From NCBI RefSeq assembly GCF_009914755.1, contig NC_060946.1: a DNA stretch of 64,000 nucleotides. One strand, given 5' to 3'. Under the pieces are notes generated by a model. The model saw only the letters and a program-made list of their open reading frames with translations, did not search any database and was not told the origin of the DNA. Shown here piece by piece: positions 1 through 13,103 of the stretch. A program made the position numbers and the translations under genes. The stretch comes from the human T2T-CHM13v2.0 reference genome, Homo sapiens. Each line of letters opens with the position of its first letter. The stretch's first letter is position 1.

Positions 1-159
1 GGCAGGGTCTTAACGGGTTTGTTGTGGCATTGCAGCCCCCCCTCAGGCGCCAGCTTCTCCAGTTCCTTAATGTTCAGCTTATGCGTTTGTCAGAATTATA
101 GTAAAGGGTTAGTGGAAACTGGCTGTCTGGTTGCTAATGGAAACCCGGCCTGCCCCACA
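1..159. mobile_element. LTR fragment (ERV-type), cut by the window edge
   Basis: Ends in ...GCCTGCCCCACA (LTR-like CA terminus), followed by an abrupt switch into L1-like A-rich sequence. Family not identified. Confidence 0.35.
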
Positions 160-1990
160 AGCTCAACAGATTGGAAGAAAAAAAAAAGGGGGCATAAACA
201 ATGTTTCCACAACCACTAATTAGGAAAACCTCTTAGCAAGCTAGAAACAGAAAGAAATTGCCTAAATGGACACAGAAGAACTACCAAAACCTAGAGGAAA
301 CTGCTTGCTTGCTAGAGAAATTTTGTAAGAATTTCCATAAAAATCAGAATCACGATAAGATTCTCTCTCTCTCTATCCTATAACGTTTGCTGGGTGCCAT
401 AGCCAAGACAGTTAGAAAAGCAAAGTAACTGAGAGGTATAAGAATTAAAAAAAAAAAAAAAAAAAAGAAATGCTTTCAGGTGCTGTAATGATCTGTATAA
501 ACAATCCAAATTACCAGAACTACTTGAACAATTAGCAGAACTAACCACCTTTGGTCAGGTGCTAGGAATGAAAGAGCCCAGAGGCAGCTCAGCACTCATC
601 TGAGAGGCAGACGTGATGGCGTCGGGCTCAGGGGATGGGGTGCTGAGGCTCCGCAAACAGCAAAGTTAAAAAGCAGATCTCTGCCTCCTCCTGTACACAG
701 AATTAAATTCTGCGTATCAAAAAAATCTTTAAGACTAGTAAATAAATCTTTAAGACTAGTAAGAGAATATCTTAAATCATGGGATAGGGAGGGATTTCTT
801 CAAACAAAACAAATAAAATATCCTAGAGAAAAAGATTCCATACCTCTAACTCTACATTTGAAGTTTTTTCTGACAAACAACCACACCATTTGTTCTAAAA
901 AACGAGCCATTGACTGGGAGAAATTTTGCAATACACACAACATAAACAGGACTAATATCCAGATATATGTGGAATTCCTGCAAAGAAATAAGTGAAAGAA
1001 AAACAACCCTAAAATCTGGCCAGATGAACAGGCAAACTGCAGAAGAGGAGACCCCAATAGCTAAAATAAAAATCATAAGCGGCTCAGTCTGTCTATTCAT
1101 CTGAAAATCCAAAATTAAACCGCAGAGAGATGCAAATTAAGAAAACTTTCACAGCGTGACATAGGAGTGATGGGAGGATTCACAGAGCCAGGAACCCGCA
1201 CACAACTGGCTTGAGCGTCCACTGGGGCGATGACCTCCAAGATCCTGGCCAGCACCCGAGCAGTGTTTGCTGGGAGCACGCACACCTCCAGCCCAGGAAC
1301 TTTCCTCCCAGATGTACCCCCTGGAGCTCTGCTGGGTAAAGTGTGGCCCAGGGACCAGTGTCGGAATCTGCATATCAACAGGGTCTGCGGTCGCTCGCGA
1401 GGGTGACACCTGGGGAGGCCGCCCAGAGATCCTGCCCCCGAGCTCCGTGAGACACGTCAACAGGGTCTGCAGTCGCTTGTGAGTGCAACACCTGGGGAGG
1501 CCGCATAGAGACCCTGCCGCTGAGCTCCGTGAGACACACACCGTCACATGTACTCCAGCCTCGTCTGCGACTAGAAACAGAGAACCCTGCACATCTGCAA
1601 GGCACAGAAATTAACGCTGGTGCCTTCATATTGTGCAATAACAAACTGCGGTTAACCTGAATGAAGCCGACCTATAGAATCAAAAAGATAGTTCTGGAAA
1701 ACATAAAAGAGCAAGTTGTAGCACATGACGTTTTACAAAGATTAAAACAGCATTCACCCAAAAGATGGCCAGTCACCCACGGCCGCACAGGTACAGTGTG
1801 GACGTGCAGCAGAGCCAAGGACGGGGCACCTGGCAGCCAGAGGGACAGGCACGTCTTAGGAGGAAAGGTCTGCGGTGCTCCTTTCTTTAAAAAGAAATAG
1901 AAACGATCTGAGGCAAATATGGCATCGGGTTTCCCTCCACTCATTTATACTCCTCTGGGATTTAATTTTCAAATTAATAAGCAAACAAGA
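160..1990 (+). mobile_element. Old L1M (L1ME-like) ORF2/3' remnants
   Basis: A-rich. AAAACCTCTTAGCAAGCTAGAAACAGAAAGAAA and GCCATAGCCAAGACAGTTAGAAAAGCAAAG match decayed ORF2 KTLSKLGIEG / LARAIRQEKEIKG. ATGCAAATTAA at ~1130 matches the L1 3' region. Confidence 0.65.
1375..1537. repeat. Two-copy ~82-bp tandem duplication within the L1 remnant
   Basis: TCAACAGGGTCTGC...GAGCTCCGTGAGACAC starts at 1375 and again at 1457. Confidence 0.85.
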
Positions 1991-2418
1991 CAGGTGAAAT
2001 GGGATTCCCTAGGATTTGATAGCCGTAACCACATGCTTGGTGTCAGAAGCTCCGTAGAGAGCATTGAGGAGATGAAGCCCAACTTTTTAGAAGCCAATTT
2101 TCCGAGATACCTCAAGACACTTTGTCTTGGTCTCCTCTTCCTAGAAGAACATTCTTTAAAAAAAAAAAAAATAGAAACCGCCTGATGTGCAAAGATGTTT
2201 ATAAGAAGAAAAAACTAAAAGCAAGTCAAATGTCCCAGTAACATGGCAGGTGTGAGTCGCAGCACGGCGCCGCCGAGGAGACCAAACCCACCCACGGCAT
2301 GAGCGTGAGTCGCTGCAAAGGGCAAAGGTGTGCGCCACAAAGCACCAGAGACCCCCAGGCCCCTGCGGCCTGGCCTGGCACAGCCTTGCTTTGCAGCCCC
2401 GGAGAGGCAGGGCCTGGA

Positions 2419-2563
2419 CCTCACCCTGGCCTCCACCTGCCACCACGCTGTTCCCGCCACCCTGAATGCCCCCTTCCAGGCATCCCTGACCAGCACAGCC
2501 TCACCCCAGGGGAGCCCGACACCCTCCGCCATCTGCTGCCTGGCACACGACGTGAGCCACGGG
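2419..2563 (+). repeat. Copy 1 of a ~140-bp dispersed direct repeat (partner at 4051-4188)
   Basis: CCTCACCCTGGCCTCCACCTGCCACCACGCTGTTCCCGCCACCCTGAATGCCCCCTTCCAGGCATCC recurs almost identically at 4051. Confidence 0.9.
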
Positions 2564-2934
2564 CACTGAGGTTACCACAGGGTCCACAGCTCCAGAGCTT
2601 CCCAGAGCCAACCCCAGGCCCGCCCCGCGCTTGCCCGGTGATCAGGTGAGTCTGCGAGCCTGCGGGGAGAATCCTTGGGCGCCCATGTCAGGGTTCAAGG
2701 GGTGGGCGTCATGAGAGCAGGACCAGGCACCCAGGGGCCCCAGCCGCACCAGCTCTCATTCCTGCCCCGCCACAGGCAGGCAGCCCAGCTGGCGTCCAAA
2801 CCTCCTTCACGGGCTCCAGGGAAAGTGGCTGCCTCGGAGCCCAGGCCCAGGGGACCTTGAAAGATAAACCGCCATTGTACAGCTCCAGGGAAAATCAGAA
2901 TCGTCCCTAAGGAGTCTCAAGAAAGCACCCCTCA

Positions 2935-3065
2935 GCAAGATGGAGCCCCAGGTCCTGGAAGAGCCACGAGCTGTTCTGCAAGATGGAGCCCCAGGTCCTG
3001 GAAGAGCCACGAGCTGTTCTGCAAGATGGAGCCCCAGGTCCTGGAAGAGCCACGAGCTGTTCTGC
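2935..3065. repeat. Minisatellite, 43 bp x 3 perfect copies
   Basis: GCAAGATGGAGCCCCAGGTCCTGGAAGAGCCACGAGCTGTTCT at 2935, 2978 and 3021. Confidence 0.95.
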
Positions 3066-3333
3066 CCGAAAGGGCAGAGGGCCGGAGAAGCCAGTCCTGG
3101 GGGAGGAGGTCGGGGCCACTCACCAGGGCCTTCCTAACGTTCCGTCCGAGCGCATTCTGGAGGAAGAGCAGCTCCTCAACCGAGCCCGAGAGGGCATGGC
3201 CCCGGTCGCGGGTAGACAGCCGCACCTCTGCCCCATCTCTGCCCGCTGACACCTGTCCTGGTCCAGGTCCACCTCCCCGGGCATCCAGGCCCCAGCTCGT
3301 CCCTCTCCTTAAAGTCTTCTGGCTCTCACACCC

Positions 3334-3711
3334 TCTACGTGTCCGTTCTCACACTGCTAGAAAGACCTAACTGAGACTGGGTAATTTATTTTAAAAGGAA
3401 GTTTGGTTGACTCACAGTTCTGCAGGCTGTACAGGAAGCGTGGCTGGGAGGTCTCAGGAAACACAATCATGGCGGAAGGGGAAGGGGAAGCAGGCGCTTC
3501 TCATCATGGCGGAGCAGAGGAAGAGAGAACGTGAGGGGGAGGGACCGCACACGTTTAAACCATCAGATCTCGTGGGAACTCACTATCACGAGAACAGCAA
3601 CGGGAACTCCGCCCCCATGATCCAGTCACCTCCTACCAGGCCCCTCCTCCAACACTGGGAATTACAATTCCTCCTGAGATTTGGGTGTGGACACACAGCC
3701 AGACCACAGCA
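3334..3711 (-). mobile_element. MaLR solo LTR (THE1D/MSTA-type)
   Basis: CTGAGACTGGGTAATTTA...GACTCACAGTTC...CATCAGATCTCGTGGGAACTCACTATCACGAGAACAGC...GAGATTTGGGTG is the reverse THE1/MST consensus. Confidence 0.9.
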
Positions 3712-4050
3712 CACCCCCCAGATCAGGCTCCTGATCTGGGCACCTGCCCAGTCTCCTGCAGGAGCTCCAGCCGGAGCCCCGGGGCCCTGCGATTCCCCTC
3801 CCTGAGAGCCCCTCTCTCAGCCCATCCACAGGTTATATCCCTCCCACCTCCAGATGGAGCTCAGGCCCGCCCTTCCTCCAGCCCCTGCCATCTCCTGGCC
3901 AGTGACCCGGTGACGACGTCACCTCCGCAAAGGCTCACACGGTTCCACCTATCCCCTGCTCTTCTCCACGGAGCACCAGTGTGAGCCTGAGAAACACGCC
4001 CTCTGGCACCTGTCCTCATAAGGCCTCTCCTGGCTTTCTCTGGAGTCCAG

Positions 4051-4188
4051 CCTCACCCTGGCCTCTACCTGCCACCATGCTGTTCCCGCCACCCTGAATG
4101 CCCCCTTCCAGGCATCCTTGGCCAGCACAGCCTCACCCCAGGGGAACCCTCTGCCATCTCCTCCCTGGCACACAACGTGAACCATGGG
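4051..4188 (+). repeat. Copy 2 of the ~140-bp dispersed direct repeat, in an L2-like remnant
   Basis: Matches 2419-2563. The flank CTCCACGGAGCACCAGTGTGAGCCTGAGAAACAC resembles L2. Confidence 0.85.
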
Positions 4189-4453
4189 TGCCCAGTTCCC
4201 CTCAGTCCCCTACCTGCTCCAAGGGTAGGGCCCAGACTGATGGCCTCTGGGGTGGGCCACGATGAGACCCCTGCCCCTGAGGGCCCAGCCTGCACCTCCT
4301 CCACCTCACTGGATGCTGTTAACCCCCTCTGCTCCTCCTCCAGGTACAGGGAAGCCACAGGGAGGCAGAGGGCAAACATCGGGGAGCTGTGTTCCCGCCA
4401 CAGATCCACACTGTCGGTTGAGTGCACCCTCACCAGGAAAGCTGGGCCCACCA

Positions 4454-4913
4454 TGTGATTTCCTGGAGCCTCCGTGACAAAGGACCACAAACTGGGGGCT
4501 TAAAGCAACAGAAATTCTCTCACAGTTCGGAGGCCGGAAGTCCAAAATCAAGGTGTCCCCGGGGCCACGTTCCCTCTGGAGGCTCCAAGGGAGGGATCTT
4601 CCTGTCTCTGCATTTTCCAGGGGCCCCACAATCCCTGGAATTCCCTGGTTCACAGCCGCATGGCCTGATTGGAGCTTCTGTGTCTGCATGGCCTCCTGCC
4701 TGAGCCTCAAACCTCTCTCTTTTTTATGAGGAACACCGGTTAATTACAGGATTTAAGGCGTACCCTCTCCGGGATGGGACTATCTCATCCCCAGATCTTT
4801 AATTTGATTATAACTGCAAAAACCCTATTGGCAAGTAAGTTCACCTTTACAGGTCCTCGGGGGGCTAGGATGTCAACACATCTTTTTAGCGGGGACACAT
4901 TCAACCCACAACA
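4454..4913 (-). mobile_element. MLT1 (MLT1C-like) LTR
   Basis: ACCACAAACTGGGGGCTTAAAGCAACAGAAATT...GAAGTCCAAAATCAAGGTGTC...GGGGACACATTCAACCCACAACA. Confidence 0.85.
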
Positions 4914-6827
4914 CCAGCGCTAGCAGAATTCCAGCTGCCAGAGAGTCGGGCATATGGGCAGGCGCTTATCAAGGAAGAAAGCAGAGTGTTGAGGCTGTTT
5001 TTTTAAGCCACAGGTAAGAAGAAATTGCTGAGTCAGCTTCAGCATTCATTAACAGCCACCGATTTCCCGGGAAGGCCCGAGGGAGATGAATAAGCAGCAG
5101 CTGCGATTCCATCAAGCTTAATTTAAAATCCTGGTGGAGGAAGGCATGGAAACCAGTGCTGCTGGTCCCAGGAGAATGCTGGAGTTGAATATCTCTGCAT
5201 TCAGATGCGGGCTTTACCTAGGAGTAAGAAAGCCTGTGTAATTAGACCTAATGACAAAGAGGCTCCACACCTCCCTCAGTCCCGGGGCACCGGGCTGCAG
5301 CCGACAGCTCCAACCAGACACCTCGCAGTTCCCAAGGCCAGCACCCCAGAGAAGGGATGTAGGGATCTTCTTCAGAGCAGAAGGTCTTCAGGGATCTCAG
5401 CACATGTGCTCCAAGCAGACATCTCCCTAGTCCCGAGGGGCAGGGCCGTGGACAAGCAGCTGGAAGCCCACCCGGCCAGCCTTGATCCAGAAGATGACCC
5501 CTGGGTGACCCCTGGTGAAGGCCGGCATCAGTGGCTGCAGAGACGAGGGGGCCCTTCTCACACCCCAAGAGTCAATTCAACCAGATGGTCGGCCACCAGG
5601 CAGAGACGGGGCTGCCCAAGGAGATCCACAGCACATCCCATAAGACACACACTCGGCCCTGGCCCTGTGCCCTCCTGTCTGCCCCTCTAGCCACCCACTG
5701 CCCGCTGCCCACCACCAGGCCTCCAGAGCAGGCTCAGCTGGCGCTAAGGGCCCAGCTGTCGGGGATGCTGAGATAGAGCGAGGGTCAAGTTCCCTCTGGT
5801 TCTCAGAAGGCCCTGGCCAGGATGTACAGGTGGCCGCAGGCGTCAGTCTTGGAGGTGGCCGCAGGCAGTGGGGGTGCAGGCGGCAGATCCTCGGTATGAA
5901 TTTAAATCATTTCAGCCCTTCAGCCAGCCAGAAAACAGTTCCAATCCCATCCTGCTGGCCCAGAAGTAGGACGAGGGGAGAGACAAAGCCAAACCCTTGA
6001 CCAGCTCCCCCTGCCCTGGTCAGGAAGCCAGAGTGTGAGAGTGTGCGGGGCTCGGCATCCGGCCCCACTCGGCCATCCGTGCTGAACAGGATGCCCTGAA
6101 GGACGACAAGGCTGCCTCGGATCCTGATGCCACGCTTGTTTCAAATCCTTGACGGGGAGAAACGCGGGGCGCCACGCGGCACCTCCAGGTCACCGGTTCC
6201 CACTCTGGGATTCAGGTGAGAAGCCAGGGTCTCGGGGTCCCCTGTGACCTCTTGGCCTTTGCCCATGGAGGGCAGTCGTTTGACTAAAACAGGACCTTTC
6301 TCTCCCAAGGCACATTTCCAAGCCGTTTCTCACTTGTTCAAGATACTTTTTACTTTAAATGGAACGCAGTCAAGAAGCAATGTACGGCCACCATGCACGT
6401 GGCTGCTCCTCTCTCCTGGGCCTGGGCACCCTGGGGGTGCCCCAGGAAGAGGCCCCCACACCATGGAGGTGAGCGAGGGGCTCTGGCCGGCCCGAGGGGG
6501 CTGGGATGGCGAGGATGGCCAGATTGGGCGGCTGCCGGGTCTCGGGGCCCGGTGGGTCCCTCCTCGGTGGCTTGACCCGTTTGCCTTTGAGCAATGACTC
6601 GGTGGGCAGCAGAGCCCCACCCGTAACCAGCCTGCACAGCGCAGCCCCACAGGAATCTGTTCAGGCAAAGGTTCTAATTATCAAGACATTTTTATTTCAA
6701 GCAGAGCTCAATATTTCAAGTTCATTCTGTGCCTACGTTTCAGAAAAAAAATCTTCCAGCAAGAACGCAATAAACAAGACTGAGAGCCTCATTAGGAGCC
6801 TGTGAGCCCCACATCACCAGACGCGCT

Positions 6828-7036
6828 GCAGCTCCCCGTGATGACCGCTCCTCCTCCGAGCCCCGCACACGGCGCGGGTTACATGGAAAAGGCACCGCAG
6901 CTCCCCGTGACGTCCTCTCCTCCTCGGAGCCCCGCACACGGCGCGGGTTACATGGAAAAGGCACTGCAGCTCCCCATGACGATCGCTCCTCCTCTGAGCA
7001 CCGCACACGGCACGGGTTACATGGAAAAGGCACTGA
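6828..7036. repeat. Minisatellite, 69 bp x 3, CpG-rich
   Basis: GCAGCTCCCC...GCACACGGCGCGGGTTACATGGAAAAGGCAC units at 6828, 6897 and 6966. Confidence 0.95.
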
Positions 7037-8126
7037 GTGCGGCCCACAGGAGAGGCGGGGATGGAACCAGGACCCCAAGGCATAGGCTGGGGGACGCACC
7101 TTGGCCACCTCCCGTGGCGGGATGGTTTTCCCAATCGGAGATCCCAGCAGGGCCCATGCTGGCGGCTCTGCCTGTCCCTGGCACGGACCACTCCTCACCT
7201 GTGGATGACACCCCCATCCCAGGTCTGTCTGCAGGACTCAGGCCCCTCCCCAGGTGCCCCCCTGGTACTCAGGGACTTTCCAGCAGCACATGGAGCTGGG
7301 GTTGCATGGAGGTGTGTGGGGGCAGCTCAGAGCCCTGCCTGGAGCCTACCCCAGCTGCAGGAGTCCCAGGGACAGTCCCATGACGGCCGAGCACATGCCT
7401 CCTCACCAGCTCCTGCAGCCCCCACAGCCTTGGCCCTGCCACTCACACAGCTCCCAGTAAGAGGTCTCCAAGCTCTGTGCCCAGCCCCCAACTCAGTCGA
7501 GCCCACAAAGGTCTCATAGATCTGGGCACACGTGGCTGTCCTAAACCTGCCCTGCACCCTCCCAGGGGGTTCCAGTGCCTGACAACACACGCATGACGTC
7601 TCCCAGCACCAAACAGACCACCTGCAGCGGTGGCTATGCTCCCTCCTCCCACTCGCCCAGCAGAGCACCTGCTGCATGCCAGGCCAGGAGCTGCTGGGGA
7701 AAGGAGGAGGGGGAAACAAATGAGGGCCTGGCCACCGAATCCCACTGCCTGGGGCAAGCAGAAGCCAAGCCGTGGAGTCAGAGTGTCTCACAGGTGGACG
7801 GGCAGAGCCCGCTGGGGAGATGGCAAAGTGGAAACAGCCGTGGAGGTGGGGAGGGAGGGGCTGCTCTGACTCAGAAGGTCCCCAGCCTCAAGTCCGGAGG
7901 GGAATGCTGCTTTTTCATGTCCATGGCAAAGACAAAGCACCATGCTTGACAGACTTCAAGCATTTGAGTTATTAATTCTGTTTATTGTCCATCATTTCAA
8001 TTAAAAATTAAATCTGCATGTGTTTTGGTGCTGATTCACAATTAAAACCCACTGGGTTTCACAGCTTGTTAGGAAAACAAAAGGGATGATGAAACTTTTA
8101 GGAAACTCTAAAAAAAAATACTTTCA

Positions 8127-8462
<336 letters not shown>

Positions 8463-8659
8463 TTAACGTGGACGTAAATGTGTGGGGAAAATTAAAATGT
8501 ATTATTGGTCAGATTTTGAGTGTATCATATTTAATTCACGGTTCAATTGAAACTCACTTCTTGTTTTGCTGAAGACCTTTGCCATTTTTTTTAACCAGTC
8601 AAAAGAAAGAACAAGTGACAGGGAAATAAGAATAAAATTGAAAACAAATTAGAGGGGTA

Positions 8660-9191
8660 ATTTGGCAGATCCTTCCAAAGTTAAAGTTACAATATGATCC
8701 CACAATTCCACTCCTCCCTCCACACCTGAAAGAGCTGAAAACATGGGCTGGAGCAGGCGGCACACCCAGGCTCACAGCAGCCAAAAGACAGACACACAGT
8801 GGACTCCCCGTACGACGGGGCCGGGTCAGCCTCGGGAGGAAGGAAGCGCCAACCCCTGCGGCTGCACGGAGAACCTTCCAGACACTGTGCTGCCCGCAAG
8901 AGGCAGACACAGCTCATCTATCACGGGACTCCATTTACGTGAAATATATCCGAAAGAGGCAAATTCACGGAGACAGAAAGCAGATTCGTGGTTGCGGAAG
9001 CCAGAGCTGGGGAGGGGAAATGAGGAGTAACTGTTCCTGGGGACTGCGCTTCCTCCTTTCGTGGGGGATGAAAATGTTCTGAAGGCAGACAGAGGTGGGG
9101 GTCATGCCGCCCTGTGAAAGTGCCGCATTCTGTTTAACCATTCACTTTAAAACGATAAAGTTGGCGTCATGCGAATTTCATGTCAATAAAA
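8660..9191 (+). mobile_element. L1MB-type 3' end
   Basis: ATATGATCCCACAATTCCACTCCT, CCATTTACGTGAAATA, GAGACAGAAAGCAGATTCGTGGTTGC and GGGGGATGAAAATGTTCTG, ending in CAATAAAA. Confidence 0.85.
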
Positions 9192-12100
9192 TTCAGCACA
9201 AAGAGCAAACTGGAGGGTGATCGTGGTTCCTGGCAGAGCCGCTGTCAGCTAAGAAGCCATCCCTGGGTGAAGGTGCATGCAGGGCCTGACCCCAGGACCA
9301 TCACCCAACACGGTCACCACAGGGCAGACAATGTCCGTTTTCACTTTCAAGATCAGCCGGTAGACAACGCAGAAAGGCCACCTGCCGTCGGTGTCCATGA
9401 CAGCTGGCTTCACCGTGAAAGTGCCAGCCGGGCGTTCAGAGGGGAGGCACTCAGCAGAGACCCCAGGATCTAAGGCCCATGTTGGACGAGCAGGACGTGA
9501 TGGGATCGGGCTGTGGAGGGGGCGCGTGTGGATGGATGTCCCTCAGTCCAGAAGGAGGACAATCACTGAACTTCGTGTCACCCACAGGGGTCACAGCCCA
9601 AGATCTGAGAGCAGCTCCAAGTGCAGGAGGGGCCGCGCCGTCCACTCTCCCACACTCTGGTGTGCCCAGGCAACTTCATCAGGGACAGCTGAGAAAGGAA
9701 GAGACACATTTAGGAGAGTTCCATCTGAAATACCCAAAGTTAAACAATTAACATAAAAGCGCGGGTTGGTGCCCACAGATGCTCCCCTCCCATTGCCACA
9801 GCCTCTCACCTGCACCAAGGACCCAAGGCCACCAGCCTCCCTGTCCACTCGCAGGTCTGGGACCCCCCAGTACTCGGACCGGACTTTGTCTCTTCCCTGC
9901 TTAAGCAGCAGCCCTGCCCCTGCAGCCCCCAGACCCCAGAGCAGGATCGAGGAGGGAATACCATTCTGGCACCCCCAAAACCATGGAGGCAGAAGCTGTG
10001 TCTGCCTGTGACCGAGTTCTGTCCCCAGCTCCAGAGGGTGCCCAGGCCCAGGTATGGAGCCCCCAGCCTACCTGCAAAGGCCCCTCTGTGGGCAGCAGCC
10101 TGCAGCCCTGCCAGGCACTGCATCCGTTCTTGAAGGAGTCCCTCATCACCCCCCAACCCCACAGGCTGGAGCCCCACAGGGGCTGTGTCCACTTCTGGAC
10201 ACCAGGGTCCAGCTCAGGGCCCGGTACATCTGGTGGGTCAGAGCCAGCTCACTCAGCCTCTGCAAGAAAATCATCTTTAGATTGCAGGGTCCAGGATGAG
10301 AGTATTTTAAATATTGGAAACCCGAGTCATGGGTCAGGGAAGGAAGACAGAATGGGTGAAAAACCAAGACGGCGCCCTGGCCAGGTCCTCCTGGCATCTC
10401 CCGTCACTCTTGACCCAGGTCAGGGTCTCCATCTCTAGAGACCAGTTGGCCAACGGCTCCTTCCCACCCACACACAGGTGAAGCCAGGCCCAGCCATCTG
10501 GCAGAGACCTGGGTTTGGTTGTCCGAAGTCCTCAGCCTTCTAATCCCGGATTCTCCAACCTGGGTTGCAGCCAGGGACCCTGTCACGTGCATTTGAATTG
10601 GAGGCGGCTCAGCCAGAGACCACTGGCAGCATTGAGATGCTTTGGTTGGATGGAGGCATTTGGGTTTCAGCAGCTGCCACATCTGATTAGACCTGATGCA
10701 TTGAGCCCGACATGCCGGGCGGCTGTTAGCGCTGCTGCTGAGGAAACCAGTGATCCAGAAAGAACACCGCGGCCCGGCACGCCGTGCTGCAGTCGGGAAC
10801 GAGCAGCCTGCTCCTTTGCTGGGTGTGAACACTCTGAATAATCAGCCATCGAGAGGGAAGGGGGCCAGAAACACCACGCGGTCCCTCGGATCCCACTCTG
10901 TCCTGCCTCTGAGATCCTTGTGTTGTTTTTCTGATCAGAAGCGCCGCTTTCCTTAACAAGACAGAGGAGAGACGTGGGCACGTGTCTCTGGCTTCCTGCC
11001 TTATTATTTCAATAGCTCAGAACCAAGCAGAGGAGAGCAAGGAGCCCCGTCAGCACTCTCTGCTCAGCCGAGGTGGGTGGAAATCCAGCCATGAGGCAGG
11101 CAGGCCCCGGGGAGCACAGGGCAGCGCCCCCGTGCTCGGAGGCCTGCTCAGTCCCAGCGCCGCCCCCAGGCCTGCAGACCCTCCAGACCCTGCTGACCCC
11201 CAGCCCCGCTGGCCGCAGGCTGCTCTGTGGCTCACTCGGGGCTGGCCTGACCCACGGCACAAGCGGGGACGCTGGGGGGCTCACATCACTTTTCTACACC
11301 CTCTCTGAAGGTGGGCAGCAGGTGGGCAAAACAGCTTGAATAAATATATAAATCATAAAGCATTATCAATCCCACTCATACACATAGATATATAAATCAT
11401 AAAAAGCATCATCAAACTGAATCCACCAATAAATGCTAGAATAGCACATCATGGTCACACTGAATTTATCCTGGAAATTCAAAGTTTAACATAAGAGAAT
11501 AGAATGCTCAAAATCAAAGCAATTCACTCCATCAACAGAGAGGAGAAAGATCACGTGTAGCTCAATCAATACAGAAAAAGAATCTGAAAAAAAATCATTC
11601 CTTCATGACAAAATAAAAAACTCTGGCTAATGAAGAACAGAAGGTAACTCTAATGAAAGGCATTTGTAAAAAAACTACCAAAAAAAAAAAAACTACAAAA
11701 GACATCACACAGCCACTGAAAGTGCCTCTTTGACATTAAGAGAAAAATCAAATATTCTTGTTTCCATCAGCGCCCATCAGAAATGAGCTGGAGGCCTGTT
11801 TACAAGGCGAAAAAAAAATACATAAGAGTTCCAAAGGAAGACACAGAACTGCATGTATTCATAGATGATGAGATAAATAATCTATAGGATTACAGGAGTT
11901 AAACAAGACTGCCAAGGACAAAATTAACATAACAAATCCATTATTTCTACAGCAATCCACAACTAGAAAATGAAAGATTTTAAAACATACCATATGCAAT
12001 AATATTTTTTAAATAGTTGAGATTTAGAAGTATATCTAACAGAGTCCAAGACATCCAGAGACCTTCATGAAACTTTCCTGAGAAGCTTTAAAGACGACCA

Positions 12101-12509
12101 CCACAGTTGGAGGAACGTTCCTATCAACCAGCTCGAGGACTCAGGGTAGCCAAGATGCCAGCTCCCCTCCAGGAGTCTACTGAGCTGATCTTTGTGGAAC
12201 TTGACAAGCCGAGTCCACAATTCATGCCAGAGTGCAAGCAGTGAAGAATGATAGTACAGCTGGCTCCACCACGCAGGACTTGTCATAAAGCCACAGTGAC
12301 AGACAGTGTGGCGTCGGCCAGAGGCTCAACAAATAGCCCAGAAGAGAAGGAAGTGGCCAGAAGCAGGGCCAGCCTCATGTAGATACCCATGTAGGAAAGG
12401 GCAGAACCATGGAGCCAGGGGAAAAGCAGTTCCCTCTATGAATGATGCTGCGACCCAGGACATACACATGCAACAGTAACAAAACCGAACCCTCCCTCAC
12501 ACCATACCC

Positions 12510-12687
12510 CGGGGGTCAGCACATATTTTCTGTAAAGGGCCACAGTCGTTTGGGCCCTGGAAAGCCACTTAGTTGGCGTCTGCCTCAACCACTCAATATG
12601 TGCATGGCTATGTTCCAATAAAACTTTATTGACACAAACAAGTGGTCAGCCGGAGTTGGCCCTCAGGCTGTAGCTCACTGACCCCTG
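12510..12687. mobile_element. MER58A (hAT-Charlie MITE)
   Basis: TIRs CGGGGGTCAG / CTGACCCCTG, internal GGCTATGTTCCAATAAAACTTTATT, 8-bp TSD CCATACCC / CCATGCCC. Confidence 0.88.
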
Positions 12688-12755
12688 CCATGCCCAAAAA
12701 TCATTCCTCATGAATCACAGACCTAATTGTGAAAGACAAAACTCTATAGTTCTTA

Positions 12756-13103
<348 letters not shown>

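Noticed and set aside
723-762. Short tandem micro-duplications (also ~31637-31662, ~34293-34351, ~41691-41738)
   Set aside because: Ordinary slippage duplications with no evident functional signal.
6740-7519. ORFs of 125-193 aa with internal repeats
   Set aside because: They are caused by the 69-bp minisatellite and high GC content.
9350-9700. Possible CR1/L3 LINE remnant
   Set aside because: Only a faint resemblance by eye; it needs an nhmmer search.
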